Assembly (NCBI GenBank): GCA_964410015.1
Contig: CAYPFV010000001.1
Span: forward strand, 13,306 to 77,305
Direction of reading: 5' to 3'
Source of the DNA: an uncultured Bacteroidales bacterium
GTDB taxonomy: Bacteria; Bacteroidota; Bacteroidia; Bacteroidales; UBA7960
Length of the DNA stretch: 64,000 nt
Positions 19,579 through 30,046 of this stretch are shown here, in pieces. The translations under genes were made by a program, and so were the position numbers. Position 1 is the stretch's first letter. Each line of letters starts with the position of its first letter. The notes under the pieces are model-generated. The model was not told the origin of the DNA, did not search any database, and saw only the letters and a list, made by a program, of their open reading frames with translations.

Positions 19579-22500
19579 TTATTTTATAATGATCTTTTTT
19601 ATATATTTATTATTGTTGTTTCTTAAACTAAGGTAATAAATTCCTGCCGGATATTCAGAAATATTTATGTTAAAAACATGTTGCCCTGAAATATTTTTTA
19701 AAGGAATTTTTTGAATTTCCTGTCCCTGGTAGTTAGTAATGGACATATCTGCATCATCAAATCTTCCATTGAGTAAAACCTGGAATTCTCCTGCTGAAGG
19801 ATTTGGATAAACACTTATTCCTTCAGAAACAAAAGAAGAAATGCCGGTTTCTAAAGCAGTGAGTACGATATCAACAAACACGTCCTGGTTATTTACAAGT
19901 ACATTTCCACTGTAGGTATTATATCCTTCTCTCTCAATGTTATAGGCAAACATCCCGTTATCAATTCCCAGCATCACATAATTGCCGGGTTCGTGAGTAT
20001 TCCCATCAAATGTTACAACAGCATCCGTAATGGAATCTCCCTGTTCGTTGGTAACATTAAAATGCACTTCATAAATAATTTCGATCATAAAAACCTCAAT
20101 TGTTTGATGATCATCTATGAACACTTCACCTTCAACATCATAGTAATTCTCTCTTTTAATGGAGTAAGTGAGGTTTCCGGGCAATACCTGATGGAAGGTA
20201 TGAGTACCTGGTTCGTGTGTATTTCCATTCATAGTAATGATGGCATCTTCCAGTGGTCCGTCACCACAGGTTATATCAAAATCTACGGTGTATACATCCT
20301 GCATTTCAACATTAATGGTTAAATCCTGATCTGTAAGTTCGAAATTTCCTTCAACAGTAAGATAACCATCTTTTGAAACAGAATAGTCATAACTTCCGGA
20401 GAAAAGTCCTTCTGCAACATATTGGTTTTCATCCATAGATTCTCCATCGATGCTTACTACAGCATCGTTTATATTTTCACCATATACATCTTTAACATCA
20501 AAGTTAACATTATATTTTGGCCAGGGTTCCATTTCAACTTCAACCATTTCGTTTTGATCAGATATGGTAATACTTCCTTGGGTTTCAAAATATTCATCAA
20601 GGTTTACAGAATAATTGTACTCACCGGGCAACAAGTTTTCTACTGTATATATACCTGCAGGCAGGGTTTCATCATTAAATGTGATGGAAGCATTGGTAAT
20701 TTCGTTTTCCCCATCGGTAACATCAAAAGTTACACTATATAGTTGCTGTATTTGTTCCGATAATGTAATGTTTTGATCTACAATTTCAAATTGACCGTTA
20801 ACAGGATGAAATCCATCTTTTGATATTTCATACTCATATGTATCTGCCACAAGGTAATCTATGGTGTATTGCCCGGGATCATATTCATTCCCGTTTACAG
20901 ATATTACGGCATCAGATATCTGATTTCCCTGTGTATCTTCAACTGTAAAAACTACTTGGTAAGTAGGCAATTCTTCGAGTATAACTGTTACTACAATATC
21001 TTCTCCATCGACAGTAAAATTACCCTGTGCTGACGTATAGGCATATTTTGATACCTCGTAATCATAATCGCCGTTCAAAATATTTTCAAATTGATACATA
21101 CCATCTGGGTATGTTGATCCATTGAGGGTTATTTGAGCATCTGATAATGCATTTCCTTCGGTATCTTCTACCACAAAATCGACGGTATAAACGGGTTGGG
21201 TAAAATGCACAATCATTTTCCAACTATTGTTGTTAACATAATTATATTCCGTATCTGAACCCGAGCCACCCCATGTGCGGAAGGCATGAAGCTCAAATGT
21301 TACTTCCCCGCCTCCTGTAACATTATTGGCTATATCGAGGCCTGTTCTGCTATACTCAAAAGTACCCTCTGCGTTCCCTGAACCCTGCGCAACTGATTCC
21401 TCGGTTGTTCCTCCTTCGCTTACACATCGTACAAAAGATCTTTGTTCGCTCATCCATGCCCCGTTAAATGCAGTCATATCATATTCCACATCAACACCGG
21501 TAATGGTGGCATCTTCAGGGATGGTAACAGTCATTACACCTGGATCAGTGGCATTACTTGAAGTGGTTACATTTTGATTATAAGTAGTTGGTATATCACC
21601 CTGATTATAAAAAGGGGCCTGACCAATAACAATCTGACGCGTTTCCTCAAAACTATAAGACCCCATTTCTAGTGAAAAATCAAGTTCTACGGGTGTTTCG
21701 GGAGGAGTATTATTGCTTGCAAACAGGGTAAAGGTAACCGAATCAGATGAACCTGGTTCTAAACTGATCAATTCGTCAGATGACTGCTGAATAATGATCC
21801 ACGGACTATCGCCTGATACTTCTGCTGTAGCAATTTGGCTGGCAGCATGTCCGGTGTTGGTAATTTGCATTATAACATCTGCTGTTTCTCCCGGGTCCAG
21901 CACTCCTGGGTTAAGCAAACCCGGATCATCGATTGTAAGTGTATCAAAAACCAGGACAGGTGCACTGGCTTTTACTTTCATATTAGACTGCCACTGATTT
22001 TCGCCATCTGTAAGATTTAATACAAAAGTTGCTTCATATTGATCAGGTACCTCATCAGAAACTTCAAAAGAAAAAGCATTTTCAACTGTTGCAGTGTTGT
22101 CTGTATCACCGGCATTTACATCACCAAAATCAACAGATCCTTCGGTTAAAAGGGTAAAATAAGGATCTGAACCGGTTAAGGTTCCGGATATTCCAATGCC
22201 ATTGTCGGCACCAACATTTTTTACAGTTACATCTATGGAGGTTGTCTGACCGTATATAAATTCCTCTGCATCACCAGAAAAATCATAAGAATCGAGAACC
22301 ACGAAAGGACCTTCCAGAGCAGCAGCCGGAACATTTTGTATGTAAGGTATATGTTGCGATTTGGTAACAACAATGGTAACATCATCCGCATCAACGATCG
22401 GTTCTATGGGTACTTCTACTTCACCGGATTCACCTACAAGTGCAGCGCCATGTAAAACACCATTCTGCGAAATGGCAACATATGAACCCGGCTCGGCATT

Positions 22501-24426
22501 TACGGTATATGTATCAAGACCAATGGGTACAATGGAATTATGAGTTACCAGGTTTTCTTCACCTTGTGTCATATAAATAAAGGTTGACGGGTCTCCAAAA
22601 GTATGATATGCCTGCCAGTAATAAAGAGGGCTTGAATGCTGAGGATAATTTTGTACATCAACCTCTGTAACTGCCAGATTACCTACAAATTTCAGGGCAC
22701 CCACTGCCAGGTAGTTTGATGTAAAAGGAGCATCGTATGCGCCCAGTGTGGTTTCTTCATCGGTAGGAACATAACCATTATTATTTCCCTGGATAGGAAA
22801 AGCACCTACCGACCAGTAAAAATCTTCGAACCAGTAAGTATTTGGCGCAGACCCGATATAAGCTACTGCCCCTTTATTGGCAGCCCTTACCCAGGCTTCA
22901 CCGATGCATTCTCCATCACTGAATAATCCACTCATGCAGCAATTGCCAATAGCAAGAGGATATTTCCCTTCATTGGTCATATTATGAACATCTGACACCA
23001 AAAGAATTGGATCTCCCCAGGAGGTGGGAGAACAATGCGCTGTGTAATTGATAAAACTTACCGAAATACGATCGTTATCATAACAACCTGAATAATCAGA
23101 CAAATACTGGTTTACAGTGCTAAAACCATTGGCCTGGTTGAAATAATATTCTGTACCGTATTGAACGGTTGGCTGACCAACATTTGGGTTCCAGTCTTCA
23201 TCAGCACCAGCAATGAGGGTTACATCATCCAGATAAGAAGGATCTTCAAATTCGTATTTTTCGTAATAGAGTATCTTATCAAGTTGATTCTGAAGTTCAT
23301 TGGTGTTTCTGGCAGATAAACGACCATAATACATTTCCGGAAAATAATCACCATCTACCGAGGCATAATAAAGGTCTGTAACCTTTTCGGAAGATGAACC
23401 CACGGCAGAAGCAGGTATTTTATCAGAATCTCCTACAATAACCAAAAAAGTTGGTGCCGGATTCTCAGGGGTTGCATTATTATACTGCTGATGAATATAA
23501 GATTGAATATCACTGGCACCTGTACCTATTTCATCTGTATAGGCTTCGGTAATCTCAAATCCCATTTGGGTTTTCCATAAAATATAAGGTTGCAAAGTTT
23601 CCTCAAAATCTGAATGAGAAACAATCAACATTTTTACCGGATCTTTGGTAAGATCGGGATGTTCGTCAAAAATATCCCTGGTTTGCGATTCATAATTGAA
23701 CAAATTGGCATACAAAGATTCAAAATAAGGCGAAAATGTACTCTCTTTTATATATTCAGTTAAGGATTTGTCAGCATTTTTAAAACGAAGGTCTATACTT
23801 ATATCGTTATACACTTTTATCGTATTGCTTTCCGGATTGTATTGCACAGGAGAAATCGTTACCCTGGCTATTCTGACTCCTCTCATCACACCCAGAACTT
23901 CAACTTTTACAAGTTCTCTTTCCGTATAGTTTGTTTTGGAATACGCATCAGAATTATATTCAAATGGTACATCGCCGGGGCTCTGGTCTTTTCTCATGGA
24001 AGGTTGCACCGGCATAATAGGTTGATGCAAATCATAATCTTTCAAATGAATTATTTCCTCTGTGAAATTTTCTATATCCCAGTCTACTTCGGCACCAAAA
24101 GGTATTTCAATCAATTTTTTTACTGCGGGCAATTTGGGATTACCCAATTGACCAACTGAATAACCTTTGTCAAAAAATATCTCGTGAAACTCTCCTTTCG
24201 CAGTATTTACATCCAATACCTTTAAAGCATCAAAATTATACTTCATTGATAAACTATGATTGCTTGGGTCTGCTACTACAGATTTTTGTCCTGTTCCTGA
24301 CAGGGGAATGGTTTTTTGCGCCTTTAAAACATTGGTGAACAGTAAAAGACTGAATAATGCTATAAGCGCTAAACATTCAGTGAAGGTTTTCTTAACATTT
24401 TCTGTGTGAAGTAAACTTTTTTTCAT
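19579..24426 (-). CDS. Gingipain-family (peptidase C25) multidomain T9SS-secreted protein B
   Basis: The ORF runs to 24462, but MKKSLL... at 24426 precedes the hydrophobic signal (ALIALFSLLLFTNVLKAQ). The protein has a C25 propeptide and catalytic region (FLVIVGD, YGRLSA, YTAHCSPTSW, AIGNCCMSGLF). After that it has the same C-terminal domain order as protein A, including six regulatory-like repeats and a T9SS CTD (ISVYPNPSAGEF...GIYYLSL). Confidence 0.9.
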   Translation of the reverse strand: MKKSLLHTENVKKTFTECLALIALFSLLLFTNVLKAQKTIPLSGTGQKSVVADPSNHSLSMKYNFDALKVLDVNTAKGEFHEIFFDKGYSVGQLGNPKLPAVKKLIEIPFGAEVDWDIENFTEEIIHLKDYDLHQPIMPVQPSMRKDQSPGDVPFEYNSDAYSKTNYTERELVKVEVLGVMRGVRIARVTISPVQYNPESNTIKVYNDISIDLRFKNADKSLTEYIKESTFSPYFESLYANLFNYESQTRDIFDEHPDLTKDPVKMLIVSHSDFEETLQPYILWKTQMGFEITEAYTDEIGTGASDIQSYIHQQYNNATPENPAPTFLVIVGDSDKIPASAVGSSSEKVTDLYYASVDGDYFPEMYYGRLSARNTNELQNQLDKILYYEKYEFEDPSYLDDVTLIAGADEDWNPNVGQPTVQYGTEYYFNQANGFSTVNQYLSDYSGCYDNDRISVSFINYTAHCSPTSWGDPILLVSDVHNMTNEGKYPLAIGNCCMSGLFSDGECIGEAWVRAANKGAVAYIGSAPNTYWFEDFYWSVGAFPIQGNNNGYVPTDEETTLGAYDAPFTSNYLAVGALKFVGNLAVTEVDVQNYPQHSSPLYYWQAYHTFGDPSTFIYMTQGEENLVTHNSIVPIGLDTYTVNAEPGSYVAISQNGVLHGAALVGESGEVEVPIEPIVDADDVTIVVTKSQHIPYIQNVPAAALEGPFVVLDSYDFSGDAEEFIYGQTTSIDVTVKNVGADNGIGISGTLTGSDPYFTLLTEGSVDFGDVNAGDTDNTATVENAFSFEVSDEVPDQYEATFVLNLTDGENQWQSNMKVKASAPVLVFDTLTIDDPGLLNPGVLDPGETADVIMQITNTGHAASQIATAEVSGDSPWIIIQQSSDELISLEPGSSDSVTFTLFASNNTPPETPVELDFSLEMGSYSFEETRQIVIGQAPFYNQGDIPTTYNQNVTTSSNATDPGVMTVTIPEDATITGVDVEYDMTAFNGAWMSEQRSFVRCVSEGGTTEESVAQGSGNAEGTFEYSRTGLDIANNVTGGGEVTFELHAFRTWGGSGSDTEYNYVNNNSWKMIVHFTQPVYTVDFVVEDTEGNALSDAQITLNGSTYPDGMYQFENILNGDYDYEVSKYAYTSAQGNFTVDGEDIVVTVILEELPTYQVVFTVEDTQGNQISDAVISVNGNEYDPGQYTIDYLVADTYEYEISKDGFHPVNGQFEIVDQNITLSEQIQQLYSVTFDVTDGENEITNASITFNDETLPAGIYTVENLLPGEYNYSVNLDEYFETQGSITISDQNEMVEVEMEPWPKYNVNFDVKDVYGENINDAVVSIDGESMDENQYVAEGLFSGSYDYSVSKDGYLTVEGNFELTDQDLTINVEMQDVYTVDFDITCGDGPLEDAIITMNGNTHEPGTHTFHQVLPGNLTYSIKRENYYDVEGEVFIDDHQTIEVFMIEIIYEVHFNVTNEQGDSITDAVVTFDGNTHEPGNYVMLGIDNGMFAYNIEREGYNTYSGNVLVNNQDVFVDIVLTALETGISSFVSEGISVYPNPSAGEFQVLLNGRFDDADMSITNYQGQEIQKIPLKNISGQHVFNINISEYPAGIYYLSLRNNNNKYIKKIIIK

Positions 24427-24910
24427 ATGTTCAATTGATTGTATTTTATAATAATATTGCATAAAAATTCAGCTAAACCATTGCAAAGCCTCAAAAAGGT
24501 ATATTTTACAACAGATCTATCAGTTTACATGATGGATTTTAAGTTTCCTTATTGATAACCAGATGACGGAAATACCCCTTGAATTTTAGGGAGTAAAAGT
24601 ACGTTAAGGAGTGCAGAAATAGTAATAAAATTTTCGAGAACCAATTATTTTATTTTTAAATTCTACTAGTAAAAAAACAGATGTTTCAGGTTAACCACAA
24701 ACCTATTAGGTTTTATATATGATAAATGCTCTTTTATGTGAGCAAAAATACACATTCATTTTTTTAAAAGCAATTTTCAAAATGTTAAATCAAGAGTTAA
24801 AACTTCTGTGATACAGCATCATATTATTTAAATAAAAAATTTTTTATCAATTAAGAAGATGTTAAATTCCACGAAATAAATGTTTTTAGAGATAAAGCGA
24901 TTAGCAGTGT

Positions 24911-26119
24911 TTAAATGTATTTTATTTTCCATACGGGAGGCAAAGAAGCAAGCAAACCAATAAACGAAACAGTGAAGAAAACAAGTATAAAATCCAATGG
25001 TTTCATATATACAGGATATGCATCTACAATAAAAGTTCCCTGCGCCTGAATGGTAATAATACCATACCGGATTTGAATCCAACTGATCACCCATCCAAAA
25101 AATAAACCCACCAGAGCACCACCAAAACTGATCAGGAAACCCTCGAGCAGGAAAATGTTTCTGATCAGTTTTTTGCTTGCTCCCATGCTCCGGAATATTT
25201 TTATATCTCTTTGCTTTTCAAGGATGAGCATAGTCAAACTTCCGGTAATATTAAAAGCAGCAATCAAAAGAATGAAAGACAAAATAAAAAATATAGCCCA
25301 TTTTTCTGATTGCATTATTTTATAAAAAAACTCTTGCTGCTGAAAACGATTTTTCACTTCAAATTCGCTTCCTAATATTTCTTGTAAATCTTTCTGAACA
25401 TTTCTTATGTTAGCCTCTGGGGCGATACCGATCATCACCGAAGTTACTTCTTCATTACGATGATTCAACTCTCTTACTAAAGAAATGGGAGCGAGCACAT
25501 ATTCCATGTCAAACTCCGCCTGTACCGAAAAAACTCCGGAAGCATAATTGGAACTGGCGCTAAAAGCTTGTGCAGGTAAAAAACCTGTAACTCTTCCCCT
25601 GCGGGGAACATATACAGTTATCGGATGAAGATAATCGTTGATATTGGCTCCTAGTACCACTGCCACACCTTGCCCTAAAACAAGTTGAGAACGATCTCCC
25701 GACTGTAAATTGTATTCTCCTTCTAACATGAGGGTATCAACTCCCGTAATATGCCGGTAATGTTGGTCAACCCCTCTTAGTCTAACAATATGTTGCTTAT
25801 TGCGATAGGTGAGTAAGGCCATCTCCTCATAGATTTCTGAAAAATGTAAAATATCCGGATGTTTTTGCACCTCTTCGACAGGAAACTGATTGATATCAAA
25901 AGTTTTTCCTTCAGTAAGAGTGATTTCGATATCAGGATTAAAGGCATTAAATAGTGAAAGTATGAGGTTTTCGAATCCATTAAAAACAGATAGTACAACA
26001 ATAAGGGCCATGGTTCCAAAACTAACACCTGTAAGAGCAACCATGGTTAAAACATTCACCGCTGTTTGTGATTTTTTTGCAAACAAATATCTGCGTGCTA
26101 TGTATAAAGGAAACTTCAA
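24911..26119 (-). CDS. ABC transporter permease, FtsX/LolC/LolE family
   Basis: 402 aa. The N-terminus (FPLYIARRYLFAKK...VNVLTMVALTGVSFGTMALIVVLSVFNGFE) and four-TM topology with a large periplasmic loop are typical of LolE-like permeases. Confidence 0.8.
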   Translation of the reverse strand: MKFPLYIARRYLFAKKSQTAVNVLTMVALTGVSFGTMALIVVLSVFNGFENLILSLFNAFNPDIEITLTEGKTFDINQFPVEEVQKHPDILHFSEIYEEMALLTYRNKQHIVRLRGVDQHYRHITGVDTLMLEGEYNLQSGDRSQLVLGQGVAVVLGANINDYLHPITVYVPRRGRVTGFLPAQAFSASSNYASGVFSVQAEFDMEYVLAPISLVRELNHRNEEVTSVMIGIAPEANIRNVQKDLQEILGSEFEVKNRFQQQEFFYKIMQSEKWAIFFILSFILLIAAFNITGSLTMLILEKQRDIKIFRSMGASKKLIRNIFLLEGFLISFGGALVGLFFGWVISWIQIRYGIITIQAQGTFIVDAYPVYMKPLDFILVFFTVSFIGLLASLPPVWKIKYI

Positions 26120-26127
26120 TGTTAAAA

Positions 26128-26952
26128 CTATTTTTGTGCAATCACCAGTAAACCAGTACCGGTTTTGTTTTGCCTGTGAACATCTAAAAAATTAAATATA
26201 AGACAAAAAGGGTAGACAACAAGATAATAAAAAGGTAAAATAATAAAGAATAGTTTGCTGTAGCCCAGCAATAAAATAGGATATTTCATAGATAATAACC
26301 ATGAAATATGCCCCCAGAAACCATAGGTGTAATGTACCTTCACCTTATTAAATCCTGCTTTGATCAGTTTTTGAGTGATCTCATCCTTCCCGTAACCATC
26401 TCGAACATGTTCTTCAATAAAAGATGTATCGTGGTGATGGTTAACATCAGAACCTCCCTGATCAGAAGGGGTGCTGATAATCAATTGTCCCTGATTTTTA
26501 AGAGACCTGTGAAAATTAGAAAAAACTTTCTGGTCTTGTTCAATATGTTCCATCACGTCTACAGAAAGAATCAGATCATATGCATCTGGTTTTGTATATT
26601 GGGTTAGGTCTGCCAAAATAAAACCAGCATTGGATATTCCTTCAGCAGTGAAAAAGCGGTTACAATCTTCTACTTGTTCTTGTTTTATTTCAATTCCAGT
26701 AAGCTTCCAATGGGGGTTTTTTTTCATGATATTATAACTGTATTGACCAAAACCACTGCCAGCATCCAGCACTTTCACAGATTGATCAGGCGGAAAAGAG
26801 GCAAATATCTTTTTCAAATGATAATGCACATGCCATGCCCTCAGCAACAAAAGATCAAGTAAATCATAAAAAACCTTCCTTAAAAAAAAGGATCGGTTAA
26901 AAAAGTTGCCAAGTGTTTTCTTTATAGGATCGTATTGCATAGAAGGCTTCAA
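26128..26952 (-). CDS. Class I SAM-dependent methyltransferase with C-terminal membrane segments
   Basis: 274 aa. It has SAM motif I (VLDAGSGFGQ) and a post-I acidic residue. The C-terminal ~70 aa are strongly hydrophobic (ISWLLSMKYPILLLGYSKLFFIILPFYYLVVYPFCLIF). Its start abuts the rbfA stop. Confidence 0.7.
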   Translation of the reverse strand: MKPSMQYDPIKKTLGNFFNRSFFLRKVFYDLLDLLLLRAWHVHYHLKKIFASFPPDQSVKVLDAGSGFGQYSYNIMKKNPHWKLTGIEIKQEQVEDCNRFFTAEGISNAGFILADLTQYTKPDAYDLILSVDVMEHIEQDQKVFSNFHRSLKNQGQLIISTPSDQGGSDVNHHHDTSFIEEHVRDGYGKDEITQKLIKAGFNKVKVHYTYGFWGHISWLLSMKYPILLLGYSKLFFIILPFYYLVVYPFCLIFNFLDVHRQNKTGTGLLVIAQK

Positions 26953-27288
26953 TTATTTCTTTAACAGTTTCTCTATGTTCTCTATGTAATCTAAACTATC
27001 GTCAACGAAAAATTGCAACTCAGGCACATGTCGAAGTTGATTTTTCACTCTTAAGCCCAATTGTTTTCTGATTTCGCTGGTATGTAATTTAATCTGTTCC
27101 ATTACTTTTTGCGTATCGGCACCAAAAATGCTCAGATACACACGTGCAATTGAAAGATCCGATGTAACTTTTACCTGCGTTACGGTAATCATTGCGCGTA
27201 AAAACTTATTGGGTGATTCACGTTGCAGAATCTCACCAAGATCTTTTTGAAGTAATTTATTGATTCTTTTCTGACGTTGTGATTCCAT
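26953..27288 (-). CDS. rbfA: Ribosome-binding factor A
   Basis: MESQRQKRINKLLQKDLGEIL... matches the usual RbfA N-terminus. I chose the internal ATG at 27288 rather than the ORF-track start at 27333, which adds 15 atypical residues. Confidence 0.85.
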   Translation of the reverse strand: MESQRQKRINKLLQKDLGEILQRESPNKFLRAMITVTQVKVTSDLSIARVYLSIFGADTQKVMEQIKLHTSEIRKQLGLRVKNQLRHVPELQFFVDDSLDYIENIEKLLKK

Positions 27289-27642
27289 GGGTTTCGTTTT
27301 TTTACAAAGATAAAGATATTCAACCTTGATCATAATAGTTTTTTCGATGGTGTGATTCCAGGATGATATAAAATTTAATCCCCCTAAAATGAAACATTCA
27401 CTGATAAATTATTTCAAAAATCAGAACAATAATTATATTTCACCAATTGTTGATAAAAATGCTCTGATCGGCAGTAAATGCATATCGGTGAGTTTACACA
27501 TAGTGATAAACCCCTGATAAATCAAGTCAGAAACTAACAAATTTCCTTATAAAAGAGCTAAACCACCGCAAACTTTACATTGTTAATACTGTTAACACAA
27601 CTATAGAAAACAATTTTTTAATCATTCACTGAAAAATTTATT

Positions 27643-29025
27643 ATGGCTACAAGAAAAGAAAAGGACTCTCTGGGATTTGTTGATGTACCTGAAGATAAAT
27701 ACTGGGGTGCACAAACGCAACGATCGTTGCAAAACTTTAAAATTGGCACTGAAAAAATGCCTGAAGAAATTATCATGGCTTTTGCCACTTTAAAAAAAGC
27801 ATGTGCTATAACCAATGAAAAGGCGGGAGTACTCCAGTCTGAAATTGCCAAAACCATTGTTTCTGTTTGTGATGAAATTAAAGATAATAAACTGGATGGT
27901 AACTTTCCACTTGTGGTATGGCAAACTGGTTCGGGTACACAGTCGAACATGAACATAAATGAAGTTATTGCCAACAGGGCGCACGAATTACTGGGAGGGA
28001 AATTAAATGATGCGACTAAGAAGGTACATCCAAATGATCATGTAAACAAATCGCAATCATCAAATGATACATTTCCCACGGCTATGCATATTGCAGCCTA
28101 TAAAATGATCGTAGAAAAAACTATTCCCGGATTGGAAATGCTCAAATCATCTTTGGAGAAGAAATCTAATGATTTTAAAGATATTGTGAAAATCGGACGC
28201 ACTCATTTAATGGATGCCACACCACTAACTTTGGGCAATGAGTTTTCCGGATACCTGGCACAGATGGATTATGGCATCAAAGCACTGAAAAATAGTTTGA
28301 CTCATTTAAGTGAACTGGCATTGGGGGGAACAGCAGTAGGCACAGGAATTAACACACCCGATGGCTTTGCTGTTAATGTTGCTAAAACGATTGCTGAGAT
28401 TACAAATCTGCCTTTTAAAACGGCTCCAAACAAATTTGAATCATTATCGGCTCATGATGCGATAGTAGAAACCAGTGGTGCACTAAAACAAATTGCAGTA
28501 AGTCTGATGAAAATTGCCAATGATATTCGTCTTTTAGGATCTGGTCCCAGATGTGGGTTGGGTGAATTACAGCTACCTGCAAATGAACCTGGTTCATCAA
28601 TCATGCCCGGCAAGGTTAATCCAACGCAATCAGAAGCTATGACCATGGTTGCGGCTCAGGTAATTGGCAATGATACAACAATTTCTGTAGGAGGAATGAA
28701 CGGGCATTTCCAGTTGAATGTTTTTAAACCCGTTATGATCTATAACCTTTTGCAGTCAGCAAGATTGCTGGCAGATGCTTCTGTTTCCTTTAGTGTAAAT
28801 TGTGTGGATGGTATTCAGGCAAATGAAGAAAAAATTAAAGACCATCTTAACAACTCTCTCATGCTTGTTACATCTCTCAATACACATATTGGATACGATA
28901 ATGCTGCTATGATTGCTAAAAAAGCGCATCAGGAAAATCTAACCCTCAGGGAGTCGGCTCTGCAATCGGGATTGATAACCGCTGAACAATTTGATGAATG
29001 GGTAGACCCTAAAAAAATGATCTGA
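27643..29025 (+). CDS. fumC: Fumarate hydratase, class II
   Basis: 460 aa with the fumarate lyase signature [16 protein letters not shown], plus the [12 protein letters not shown] and [11 protein letters not shown] motifs. Confidence 0.95.
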   Translation: MATRKEKDSLGFVDVPEDKYWGAQTQRSLQNFKIGTEKMPEEIIMAFATLKKACAITNEKAGVLQSEIAKTIVSVCDEIKDNKLDGNFPLVVWQTGSGTQSNMNINEVIANRAHELLGGKLNDATKKVHPNDHVNKSQSSNDTFPTAMHIAAYKMIVEKTIPGLEMLKSSLEKKSNDFKDIVKIGRTHLMDATPLTLGNEFSGYLAQMDYGIKALKNSLTHLSELALGGTAVGTGINTPDGFAVNVAKTIAEITNLPFKTAPNKFESLSAHDAIVETSGALKQIAVSLMKIANDIRLLGSGPRCGLGELQLPANEPGSSIMPGKVNPTQSEAMTMVAAQVIGNDTTISVGGMNGHFQLNVFKPVMIYNLLQSARLLADASVSFSVNCVDGIQANEEKIKDHLNNSLMLVTSLNTHIGYDNAAMIAKKAHQENLTLRESALQSGLITAEQFDEWVDPKKMI

Positions 29026-29086
29026 TGAGTTTGACAGGAATAAAATACAACCAAATCTAACAAGAATAATGGGTGAAAAACCAAAG

Positions 29087-29118
29087 AAAAAGGGTGTCAG
29101 AAATTTGACACCCTTTTT
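29087..29118. terminator. Bidirectional rho-independent terminator between convergent fumC and gldN
   Basis: Perfect 13-bp stem aaaaagggtgtca / tgacacccttttt with a 6-nt loop. Confidence 0.8.
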
Positions 29119-29156
29119 GGCATTCATCAGTGTTAACAATAATAGCAGTGAAAGGT

Positions 29157-30011
29157 CTAATATTCCCAAAGATCTAATTCGTAATTACGAATTTCTTCTT
29201 TTATTTTTTCGGCTTCCAGAAGCTGATCTAAACCATAAGTTTCATACTCCTGAATAAGTCGGTCGTATACGTTGCTCTCTTTATAGATGTAACTGTTAAA
29301 CATACGACGCATAAATAAATCATCAAATGACATCCTTTTGGCATCGTTGTTTCGGTTAAATGCTTCGGCATTGACCAATACGTTTCTTGCTTCGTTGAAA
29401 TATATCCAGAAAAGCGGTTGATCACCCAAACTTTCTCCTGTTTCCGGATCAATTCTTTCTCTTACAGGGCATAAACCAATGATTCTTACATCTAAAACTG
29501 AACGTTTGCTGTCAAAAAACCATTCTTCTTTTATCCGGAATTTGGTAACTTCATCAGAACTCAGTTCAATAACAATAGTAGAATCATATTCTTCATAAGG
29601 TGGATCAGGTCTGACAAAAGTTCTTACTTCCTCTCTTGAATACTTGCTACTAATTTCTTCCGGGGTGAGTAGCATGGTAAATTCGTCGTTTTCAAAAGCC
29701 CTTATAGACCCTTCATTAACAGCGCCCATTAAAACCTGCATAAGACTTTGCCGGTCGTCGATGGTTGTATTGGGAAAATAAAGGGGTTGGTTAATTTTTT
29801 CTCTCAGGTCTATTACCTGCCATACTCTTTTAGACCAGAGCACATCTGCTTCTCTGACATGAGCCAGCGGAATGGGTTTTTTTTCCTCGATCCACACTTT
29901 TTCATAAATACCATCAGGGGGAGTTGCCCCTTCAATTACCTGTGCATTAATCCCTGTAGAAAAAAGAAGAGCAACAAGCGATGTAACGAATAAGATTTTA
30001 ATTTTGGTCAT
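29157..30011 (-). CDS. gldN: T9SS/gliding motility periplasmic protein GldN (PorN)
   Basis: 284 aa with a signal peptide. It is the last gene after gldK-L-M, and its size and position fit GldN/PorN. Confidence 0.8.
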   Translation of the reverse strand: MTKIKILFVTSLVALLFSTGINAQVIEGATPPDGIYEKVWIEEKKPIPLAHVREADVLWSKRVWQVIDLREKINQPLYFPNTTIDDRQSLMQVLMGAVNEGSIRAFENDEFTMLLTPEEISSKYSREEVRTFVRPDPPYEEYDSTIVIELSSDEVTKFRIKEEWFFDSKRSVLDVRIIGLCPVRERIDPETGESLGDQPLFWIYFNEARNVLVNAEAFNRNNDAKRMSFDDLFMRRMFNSYIYKESNVYDRLIQEYETYGLDQLLEAEKIKEEIRNYELDLWEY

Positions 30012-30046
30012 AGCGAAACCTCCAATATTTGGTTTTTAATGTTAAT

